Assembly (NCBI GenBank): GCA_964016885.1
Contig: OZ024741.1
Location: 6,014,001-6,078,000, forward strand
Source of the DNA: Eledone cirrhosa
Lineage: Eukaryota
Reading direction: 5' to 3'
Length of the DNA stretch: 64,000 nt
The notes under the pieces were generated by a model, which worked only from the letters and a program-made list of their open reading frames with translations, searched no databases and was not told the origin of the DNA. Shown here piece after piece: positions 52,901-64,000 of the stretch (positions within the stretch are counted from its first letter, which is position 1; each line of letters begins with the position of its first letter). The translations under genes were made by a program, and so were the position numbers.

Positions 52901-55900
52901 GTGTGTGTGATATAACAGAGGTGTGTGTGATATAGCAGAGGTGTGTGTGATATAGCAGAGGTGTGTGTGATATAGCAGAGGTATGTGTGATATAGAAGAG
53001 GTGTGTGTGATATGGCAGAGGTGTGTGTGATATAGCAGAGGTGTGTGATATAGCAGTGGTGTGTGATATAGCAGAGGTGTGTGTGATAAAAAAGAGGTGT
53101 GTGTGACATAGCAGAGATGTGTGGGATATAGCAGAGATGTGTGTGATATGGCAGGTGTGTGTGATATAGCAGAGGTGTGTGATATAGCAGAGCTGTGTGA
53201 TATAGCAGAGGTATGTGTGATATAGCAGAGGTGTGTGTGATATAGCAGAGGTGTGTGATATGGAAGAGGTGTGTGATATAGCAGAGGTGTGTGTGATATA
53301 GCAGAGCTGTGTGTAATATGGCAGAGGTGTGTGTGATATAGCAGGAGTGTGTGATATAGCAGAGGTGTGTGATATAGCAGAGGTGTGTGTGATATATCAG
53401 AGGTGTGTGTGATATGGCAGAGGTGTGTGATATGGCAGAGGTGTGTGTGATATAGCAGAGGTGAGTGATATAGCAGAGGTGTGTGATATAGCAGGTGTGT
53501 GTGATATAGCAGAGGTGTGTGTGATATAGCAGAGGTGTGTGTGATATAGCAGAGGTGAGTGATATAGCAGAGGTGTGTGATATAGCAGAGGTGTGTGTGA
53601 TATGGCAGAGGTGTGTTATATGGCAAAGGTGTGTGTGATATAACAGAGGTGTGAGTGATATAGCAGAGGTGTGTGTGATATAGCAGAGGTGTGTTTGATA
53701 TAGCAGGAGTGTGTGTGATATAGCAGAGATGTGTGATATAACAGACGTGTGTGTGATATAACAGAGGAGTGTGTGATATAGCAGAAGCGTGTGATATAGC
53801 AGAGGTGTGTGTGATATAGCAGAGGTGTGTGTGATATAGCAGAGTTGTGTGTAATATGGCAGAGGTGTGTGTGATATAGCAGAGGTGTGTGTGATATAGC
53901 AGGAGTGTGTGATATAGCAGAGGTGTGTGATATAGCAGAGGTGTGTGTGATATATCAGAGGTGTGTGTGATATGGCAGAGGTGTGTGATATGGCAGAGGT
54001 GTGTGTGATATAACAGAGGTGTGTGTGATATAGCAGAGGTGTGTGTGATATAGCAGAGGTGTGTGTGATATAGCAGAGGTGTGTGTGATATAACAGAGGT
54101 GTGTGTCATATAGCAGAGGTGTGTGTGATATAGCAGAGGTGTGTGATATAGCAGTGGTGTGTGAGATAGCAGAGGTGTGTGTGATAAAACAGAGGTGTGT
54201 GTGATATAGCAGAGGTGTGTGGGATATAGCAGAGATGTGTGTGATATGGCAAGTGTGTGTGATATAGCAGAGGTGTGTGATATAGCAGAGGTGTGTGATA
54301 TAGCAGAGGTGTGTGTGATATAGCAGAGGTGAATGTGATATAGCAGAGGTGTGTGTGATGTAGCAGAGGTGTGTGTGATATAGCAGAAGTGTGTGTGATA
54401 TAGCAGATGTGTGTGATATAGCAGAGGTGTGTGTGATAAAACAGAGGTGTGTGTGATATAGCAGAGGTGTGTGATATGGAAGAGGTGTGTGATATAGCAG
54501 AGGTGTGTGTGATATGGCAGAAAAGTGTGTGATATAGCAGAGTAATGTGATATAGCAGGGGTGTGTGTGATATAGCAGAGGTGTGTGATATATAGCAGAA
54601 TTGTGTGTGATATGGCAGAGATGTGTGTGATATAGCAGAGGTGTGTGATATAGCAGAGGTGTGTGTGATATGGCAGAGGTGTGTGTGATATAGCAGAGGT
54701 GTGTGTGATATAGCAGAGGTGTGTGATATAGCAGAGGTGTGTGATATGGCAGAGGTGTGTGTGATATGGCAGTTGTGTGTGATATAGCAGAGGTGTGTGA
54801 TGTAGCAGAGGTGTGTATGATATAGCAGAGGTGTGTGATATGGCAGGTATGTGTGATATAGCAGAGGTGTGTGATATAGCAGAGGTGTGTGTGATATGGC
54901 AGAGGTGTGTGTGATATAGCAGAGGTGTGTGTGATATAGCAAAGGTGTGTGTGATATAGCAGAGGTGTGTGATATAGCAGAGGTGTGTGTGATATAGCAG
55001 AGATTTGTGATATAACACACGTGTGTGTGATATAACAGAGGAGTGTGTGATATAACAGAAGCGTGTGATATAGCAGAGGTGTGTGTGATATAGCAGAGGT
55101 GTGTGTGATATAGCAGAGCTGTGTGTAATATGGCAGAGGTGTGTGTGATATAGCAGATGTGTGTGTGATATAGCAGGAGTGTGTGTGATATAGCAGAGGT
55201 GAGTGATATAGCAGAGGTGTGTGATATAGCAGGTGTGTGTGATATAGCAGAGGTGTGTGTGATATGGCAGAGGTGTGTGATATGGCAGAGGTGTGTGTGA
55301 TATAACAGAGATGTGTGTGATATAGCAGAGGTGTGTGTGATATAGCAGGAGTGTGTATGATATAGCAGAGAAGTGTGATATAACAGACGTGTGTGTGATA
55401 TAACGGAGGAGTGTGTGATATAGCAGAAGTGTGTGATATAGCAGAGCTGTGTGTGATATAGCAGAGCTGTGTGTAATATGGCAGAGGTGTGTGTGATATA
55501 GCAGAGGTGTGTGTGATATAGCAGGAGTGTGTGATATAGCAGAGGTGTGTGATATAGCAGAGGTGTGTGATATATAGCAGAGGTGTGTGATATAGCAGAG
55601 GTGTGTGTGATATAGCAGAGGTGTGTGATATAGCAGAGGTGTGTGTGATATGGCAGAGGTGTGTGTGATATAGCAGAGGTGTGTGTGATATAACAGAGGT
55701 GTGTGATATAGCAGAGGTGTGTGATATGGCAGAGGTGTGTGTGATATGGCAGTTGTGTGTGATATAGCAGAGGTGTGTGATGTAGCAGAGGTGTGTATGA
55801 TATAGCAGAGGTGTGTGATATGGCAGGTATGTGTGATATAGCAGAGGTGTGTGATATAGCAGAGGTGTGTGTGATATGGCATAGGTGTGTGTGATATAGC

Positions 55901-58900
55901 AGAGGTGTGTGTGATATAGCAAAGGTGTGTGTGATATAGCAGAGGTGTGTGATATAGCAGAGGTGTGTGTGATATAGCAGAGATTTGTGATATAACAGAC
56001 GTGTGTGATATAACAGAGGAGTGTGTGATATAGCAGAAGCGTGTGATATAGCAGAGGTGTGTGTGATATAGCAGAGGTGTGTGTGATATAGCAGAGCTGT
56101 GTGTAATATGGCAGAGGTGTGTGTGATATAGCAGATGTGTGTGTGATATAGCAGGAGTGTGTGTGATATAGCAGAGGGGAGTGATATAGCAGAGGTGTGT
56201 GATATAGCAGGTGTGTGTGATATAGCAGAGGTGTGTGTGATATGGCAGAGGTGTGTGATATAGCAGAGGTGTGTGTGATATAAATGGGGTGTGTGTGATA
56301 TAGCAGAGGTGTGTGTGATATAGCAGAGGTGTGTGTGATATAGCAGGAGTGTGTATGATATAAATGAGGTGTGTGTGATATAACAGACGTGTGTGTGATA
56401 TAACGGAGGAGTGTGTGATATAGCAGAAGTGTGTGTGATATAGCAGAGCTGTGTGTAATATAGCAGAGGTGTGTGTGATATAGCAGAGGTGTGTGTGATA
56501 TAGCAGGAGTGTGTGATATAGCAGAGATGTGTGATATAGCAGAGGTGTGTGATATAGCAGAGGTGTGTGTGATATATCAGAGGTGTGTTGGATATGGCAG
56601 AGGTGTGTGTGATATAGCAGAGGTGAGTGATATAGCAGAGGTATGTGATATAGCAGGTGTGTGTGATATAGCAGAGGTGTGTGTGATATGGCAGAGGTGT
56701 GTGATATGGCAGAGGTGTGTGTGATATAACAGAGGTGTGTGTGATATAGCAGAGGGGTGTGTGATATAGCAGAGATGTGTGGGATATAGCAGAGATGTGT
56801 GTGATATGGCAGGTGTGTGTGATATAGCAGAGGTGTGTGATATAGCAGAGCTGTGTGATATAGCAGAGGTATGTGTGATATAGCAGAGGTGTGTGTGATA
56901 TAGCAGAGGTGTGTGATATGGAAGAGGTGTGTGATATAGCAGAGGTGTGTGTGATATAGCAGAGCTGTGTGTAATATGGCAGAGGTGTGTGTGATATAGC
57001 AGAGGTGTGTGTGATATAGCAGGAGTGTGTGATATAGCAGAGGTGTGTGATATAGCAGAGGTGTGTGTGATATATCAGAGGTGTGTATGATATGGCAGAG
57101 ATGTGTGATATGGCAGAGGTGTGTGTGATATAGCAGAGGTGAGTGATATAGCAGAGGTGTGTGATATAGCAGGTGTGTGTGATATAGCAGAGGTGTGTGT
57201 GATATAGCAGAGGTGTGTGTGATATAGCAGAGGTGAGTGATATAGCAGAGGTGTGTGATATAGCAGAGGTGTGTGTGATATGGCAGAGGTGTGTTATATG
57301 GCAAAGGTGTGTGTGATATAACAGAGGTGTGAGTGATATAGCAGAGGTGTGTGTGATATAGCAGAGGTGTGTTTGATATAGCAGGAGTGTGTGTGATATA
57401 GCAGAGATGTGTGATATAACAGACGTGTGTGTGATATAACAGAGGAGTGTGTGATATAGCAGAAGCGTGTGATATAGCAGAGGTGTGTGTGATATAGCAG
57501 AGGTGTGTGTGATATAGCAGAGTTGTGTGTAATATGGCAGAGGTGTGTGTGATATAGCAGAGGTGTGTGTGATATAGCAGGAGTGTGTGATATAGCAGAG
57601 GTGTGTGATATAGCAGAGGTGTGTGTGATATATCAGAGGTGTGTGTGATATGGCAGAGGTGTGTGATATGGCAGAGGTGTGTGTGATATAACAGAGGTGT
57701 GTGTGATATAGCAGAGGTGTGTGTGATATAGCAGAGGTGTGTGTGATATAGCAGAGGTGTGTGTGATATAACAGAGGTGTGTGTCATATAGCAGAGGTGT
57801 GTGTGATATAGCAGAGGTGTGTGATATAGCAGTGGTGTGTGAGATAGCAGAGGTGTGTGTGATAAAACAGAGGTGTGTGTGATATAGCAGAGGTGTGTGG
57901 GATATAGCAGAGATGTGTGTGATATGGCAAGTGTGTGTGATATAGCAGAGGTGTGTGATATAGCAGAGGTGTGTGATATAGCAGAGGTGTGTGTGATATA
58001 GCAGAGGTGAATGTGATATAGCAGAGGTGTGTGTGATGTAGCAGAGGTGTGTGTGATATAGCAGAAGTGTGTGTGATATAGCAGATGTGTGTGATATAGC
58101 AGAGGTGTGTGTGATAAAACAGAGGTGTGTGTGATATAGCAGAGGTGTGTGATATGGAAGAGGTGTGTGATATAGCAGAGGTGTGTGTGATATGGCAGAA
58201 AAGTGTGTGATATAGCAGAGTAATGTGATATAGCAGGGGTGTGTGTGATATAGCAGAGGTGTGTGATATATAGCAGAATTGTGTGTGATATGGCAGAGGT
58301 GTGTGTGATATAGCAGAGGTGTGTGATATAGCAGAGGTGTGTGTGATATGGCAGAGGTGTGTGTGATATAGCAGAGGTGTGTGTGATATAGCAGAGGTGT
58401 GTGATATAGCAGAGGTGTGTGATATGGCAGAGGTGTGTGTGATATGGCAGTTGTGTGTGATATAGCAGAGGTGTGTGATGTAGCAGAGGTGTGTATGATA
58501 TAGCAGAGGTGTGTGATATGGCAGGTATGTGTGATATAGCAGAGGTGTGTGATATAGCAGAGGTGTGTGTGATATGGCAGAGGTGTGTGTGATATAGCAG
58601 AGGTGTGTGTGATATAGCAAAGGTGTGTGTGATATAGCAGAGGTGTGTGATATAGCAGGAGTGTGTGTGATATAGCAGAGGTGAGTGATATAGCAGAGGT
58701 GTGTGATATAGCAGGTGTGTGTGATATAGCAGAGGTGTGTGTGATATGGCAGAGGTGTGTGATATGGCAGAGGTGTGTGTGATATAACAGAGGTGTGTGT
58801 GATATAGCAGAGGTGTGTGTGATATAGCAGGAGTGTGTATGATATAGCAGAGAAGTGTGATATAACAGACGTGTGTGTGATATAACGGAGGAGTGTGTGA

Positions 58901-61900
58901 TATAGCAGAAGTGTGTGATATAGCAGAGCTGTGTGTGATATAGCAGAGCTGTGTGTAATATGGCAGAGGTGTGTGTGATATAGCAGAGGTGTGTGTGATA
59001 TAGCAGGAGTGTGTGATATAGCAGAGGTGTGTGATATAGCAGAGGTGTGTGATATATAGCAGAGGTGTGTGATATAGCAGAGATGTGTGTGATATAGCAG
59101 AGGTGTGTGATATAGCAGAGGTGTGTGTGATATGGCAGAGGTGTGTGTGATATAGCAGAGGTGTGTGTGATATAGCAGAGGTGTGTGATATAGCAGAGGT
59201 GTGTGATATGGCAGAGGTGTGTGTGATATGGCAGTTGTGTGTGATATAGCAGAGGTGTGTGATGTAGCAGAGGTGTGTATGATATAGCAGAGGTGTGTGA
59301 TATGGCAGGTATGTGTGATATAGCAGAGGTGTGTGATATAGCAGAGGTGTGTGTGATATGGCAGAGGTGTGTGTGATATAGCAGAGGTGTGTGTGATATA
59401 GCAAAGGTGTGTGTGATATAGCAGAGGTGTGTGATATAGCAGAGGTGTGTGTGATATAGCAGAGATTTGTGATATAACAGACGTGTGTGATATAACAGAG
59501 GAGTGTGTGATATAGCAGAAGCGTGTGATATAGCAGAGGTGTGTGTGATATAGCAGAGGTGTGTGTGATATAGCAGAGCTGTGTGTAATATGGCAGAGGT
59601 GTGTGTGATATAGCAGATGTGTGTGTGATATAGCAGGAGTGTGTGTGATATAGCAGAGGGGAGTGATATAGCAGAGGTGTGTGATATAGCAGGTGTGTGT
59701 GATATAGCAGAGGTGTGTGTGATATGGCAGAGGTGTGTGATATAGCAGAGGTGTGTGTGATATAAATGAGGTGTGTGTGATATAGCAGAGGTGTGTGTGA
59801 TATAGCAGAGGTGTGTGTGATATAGCAGGAGTGTGTATGATATAAATGAGGTGTGTGTGATATAACAGACGTGTGTGTGATATAACGGAGGAGTGTGTGA
59901 TATAGCAGAAGTGTGTGTGATATAGCAGAGCTGTGTGTAATATGGCAGAGGTGTGTGTGATATAGCAGAGGTGTGTGTGATATAGCAGGAGTGTGTGATA
60001 TAGCAGAGGTGTGTGATATAGCAGAGGTGTGTGTGATATATCAGAGGTGTGTGTGATATGGCAGAGGTGTGTGTGATATAGCAGAGGTGTGTGTGATATA
60101 GCAGGAGTGTGTGATATAGCAGAGATGTGTGATATAGCAGAGGTGTGTGATATAGCAGAGGTGTGTGTGATATATCAGAGGTGTGTTGGATATGGCAGAG
60201 GTGTGTGTGATATAGCAGAGGTGAGTGATATAGCAGAGGTATGTGATATAGCAGGTGTGTGTGATATAGCAGAGGTGTGTGTGATATGGCAGAGGTGTGT
60301 GATATGGCAGAGGTGTGTGTGATATAACAGAGGTGTGTGTGATATAGCAGAGGGGTGTGTGATATAGCAGAGGTTTGTGTGATATAGCAGGAGTGTGTGT
60401 GATATAGCAGGTGTGTGTGATATGGCAGAGGTGTGTGTGATACAGCAGAGGTTTGTGAAACAGCAGAGGTGTGTGTGATATAGCATGGGTGTGTGATATA
60501 GCAGAGGTGTGTGATATAGCAGTGGTGTGTGAGATAGCAGAGGTGTGTGTGATAAAACAGAGGTGTGTGTGATATAGCAGAGGTGTGTGGGACATAGAAG
60601 AGATGTGTGTGATATGGCAGGTGTGTGATATAGCAGAGGTGTGTGATGTAGCAGAGGTGTGTGATATAGCAGAGGTGTGTGTGATATATCAGAGGTGTGT
60701 GTGATATGGCAGAGGTGTGTGATATGGCAGAGGTGTGTGTGATATAACAGAGGTGTGTGTGATATAGCAGAGGTGTGTGTGATATAGCAGAGATGTGTGT
60801 CATATAGCAGAGGTGTGTGTGATATAGCAGAGGTGTGTGATATAGCAGAGGTGTGTGTGATATAGCAGAGATGTGTGTCATATAGCAGAGGTGTGTGTGA
60901 TATAGCAGTGGTGTGTGAGATAGCAGAGGTGTGTGTGATAAAACAGAGGTGTGTGTCATATAGCAGAGGTGTGTGGGATATAGCAGAGATGTGTGTGATA
61001 TGGCAGGTGTGTGTGATATAGCAGAGGTGTTTGATATAGCAGAGGTGTGTGATATAGCAGAGGTGTGTGTGATATAGCAGAGGTGTGTGTGATGTAGCAG
61101 AGGTGTGTGTGATGTAGCAGAGGTGTGTGTGATATAGCAGAAGTGTGTGTGATATAGCAGATGTGTGTGATATAGCAGAGGTGTGTGTCATAAAACAGAG
61201 GTGTGTGTGATATAGCAGAGGTGTGTGATATGGAAGAGGTGTGTGATATAGCAGAGGTGTGTGTGATATGGCAGAAAAGTGTGTGATATAGCAGAGTAAT
61301 GTGATATAGCAGGGGTGTGTGTGATATAGCAGAGGTGTGTGATATATAGCAGAATTGTGTGTGATATGGCAGAGGTGTGTGTGATATAGCAGAGGTGTGT
61401 GATATAGCAGAGGTGTGTGTGATATGGCAGAGGTGTGTGTGATATAGCAGAGGTGTGTGTGATATAGCAGAGGTGTGTGATATAGCAGAGGTGTGTTGTG
61501 ATATAGCAGAGGTGTGTGTGATATAGCAGAGGTGTGTGATATAGCAGATGTGTGTGTGATATGGCAGGTGTGTGTGATATAGCAGAGGTGTGTGTGATAT
61601 GGCAGGTGTGTGATATAGCAGAGGTGTGTGTGATATAGCAGAGGTGTGTATGATATGGCAGAGATGTGTGTGATATAGCAGAGGTGTGTGATATAGCAGA
61701 GGTCTGTGGGATATTGCAGAGGTGTCAGATATAGCAGAGGTGTGTGTGATATAGCAGGTGTGTGTGATATAGCAGAGGTGTGTGTGATATAGCAGAGATG
61801 TGTGTGATATGGCAGAGGTGTGTGTGATACAGCAGAGGTTTGTGATATAGCAGAAGTGTGTGTCATATGGCAGAGCTGTGTGTGATATAGCAGGGGTGTG

Positions 61901-64000
61901 TGATATAGCAGAGGTGTGTGTGATATAGCAGTGGTGTGTGATATAGCAGAGGTGTGTGTGATATAGCAGAGATGTGTGATATAACAGACGTGTGTGTGAT
62001 ATAACAGAGGAGTGTGTGATATAGCAGAAGCATGTGATATAGCAGAGGTGTGTGTGATATAGCAGAGGTGTGTGTGTGATATAGCAGAGCTGTGTGTAAT
62101 ATGCCAGAGGTGTGTGTGATATAGCAGATGTGTGTGTGATATAGCAGGAGTGTGTGTGATATAGCAGAGGTGAGTGATATAGCAGAGGTGTGTGATATAG
62201 CAGGTGTGTGTGATATAGCAGAGGTGTGTGTGATATGGCAGAGGTGTGTGATATGGCTGAGGTGTGTGTGATAAAACAGAGGTGTGTGTGATATAGCAGA
62301 GGTGTGTGTGATATAGCAGAGGTGTGTGTGATATAGCAGGAGTGTGTGTGATATAGCAGAGATGTGTGATATAACAGACGTGTGTGTGATATAACAGAGG
62401 AGTGTGTGATATAGCAGAAGCGTGTGATATAGCAGAGGTGTGTGTGATATAGCAGAGGTGTGTGTGATATAGCAGAGGTGTGTGTGATATGGCAGAGGTG
62501 TGTGATATGGCAGAGGTGTGTGTGATGTAGCAGAGGTGAGTGATATAGCAGAGGTGTGTGATATAGCAGGTGTGTGTGATATAGCAGAGGTGTGTGTGAT
62601 ATGTCAGAGGTGTGTGTGATATGGCAGAGGTGTGTGTTATATAGCAGAGGTGTGTGTGATATGGCAGAGGTGTGTGTGATATAACAGAGGTGTGTGATAT
62701 AGCAGGTGTGTGTGTGATATGTCAGAGGTGTGTGTGATATAACAGAGGTGTGTGATATAGCAGAGGTGTGTGTGACATGGCATAGGTGTGTGTGATATAG
62801 CAGAGGTGTGTGATATAGCAGAGGTGTGTGTGGTATAGCAAAGATGTGTGATATAACAAACGTGTGTGATATATCAGAGGTGTGTATGATATGGCAGAGG
62901 TGTGTATGATATGGCAGAGGTGAGTGATATAGCAGAGGTGTGTGATATAGCAGATGTGTGTGTGATATGGCAGGTGTGTGTGATATAGCAGAGGTGTGTG
63001 TGATATGGAAGGTGTGTGTGATATAGCAGAGGTGTGTGATATAGCAGAGGTGTGTGTGATATAGCAGAGGTGTGTATGATATGGCAGAGATGTGTGTGAT
63101 ATAGCAGAGGTGTGTGATATAGCAGAGGTCTGTGGGATATAGCAGAGGTGTCTGATATCGCAGAGGTGTGTGTGATATAGCAGGTGTGTGTGATATAGCA
63201 GAGGTGTGTGTGATATAGCAGAGATGTATGTGATATGGCAGAGGTGTGTGTGATACAGCAGAGGTTTGTGATATAGCAGAGGTGTGTGTCATATGGCAGA
63301 GCTGTGTGTGATATAGCAGGGGTGTGTGATATAGCAGAGGTGTGTGTGATATAGCAGTGGTGTGTGATATAGCAGAGGTGTGTGTGATATAGCAGAGATG
63401 TGTGATATAACAGACGTGTGTGTGATATAACAGAGGAGTGTGTGATATAGCAGAAGCATGTGATATAGCAGAGGTGTGTGTGATATAGCAGAGCTGTGTG
63501 TAATATGGCAGAGGTGTGTGTGATATAGCAGATGTGTGTGTGATATAGCAGGAGTGTGTGTGATATAGCAGAGGTGAGTGATATAGCAGAGGTGTGTGAT
63601 ATAGCAGGTGTGTGTGATATAGCAGAGGTGTGTGTGATATGGCAGAGGTGTGTGATATGGCTGAGGTGTGTGTGATATAACAGAGGTGTGTGTGATATAG
63701 CAGAGGTGTGTGTGATATAGCAGAGGTGTGTGTGATATAGCAGGAGTGTGTGTGATATAGCAGAGATGTGTGATATAACAGACGTGTGTGTGATATAACA
63801 GAGGAGTGTGTGATATAGCAGAAGCGTGTGATATAGCAGAGGTGTGTGTGATATAGCAGAGGTATGTGTGATATAGCAGAGCTGTGTGTAATATGGCAGA
63901 GGGGTGTGTGATATAGCAGAGGTGTGTGTGATATAGCAGGAGTGTGTGATATAGCAGAGGTGTGTGATATAGCAGAGGTGTGTGTGATATATCAGGGGTG
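49968..64000. repeat. 18/20-bp minisatellite (GTGTGT[GT]GATATAGCAGAG)n, >14 kb; continues off the right edge
   Basis: Directly visible; unit length varies with the number of GT dinucleotides. Confidence 0.98.

Noticed and set aside
49919-63292. Very long His/Thr/Tyr-rich ORFs (up to 2277 aa)
   Set aside because: The minisatellite strand is nearly stop-free in all three frames, and the 18/20-bp unit switching constantly shifts frame. There is no sign of coding constraint.

Overview
Eukaryotic, repeat-only window with no credible intact host gene. The SINE/RTE tails and (TA)n richness resemble cephalopod (Octopus-like) DNA; that assignment is inference. Two large tandem arrays, a 43-bp satellite (1-21108) and an 18/20-bp minisatellite (~49968-64000), flank a ~29-kb retroelement island. 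The island holds three RTE-clade LINE copies with a PHD-like finger, CR1 fragments, tRNA-derived SINEs with RTE tails, and a 48-bp minisatellite expanded from an RTE 3' UTR. It also holds an inverted pair of Penelope-like elements (RT + GIY-YIG, Naiad-like) with three pLTRs. The most notable signal, found by hand folding, is about ten type-I hammerhead ribozyme motifs in six unrelated sequence families. Three lie in the Penelope pLTRs and carry a U3-A8 core variant. The rest lie in small non-coding elements in or beside (TA)n tracts, and two of those elements repeat the inverted architecture of the large Penelope pair. Folds were done by eye and boundaries are approximate.
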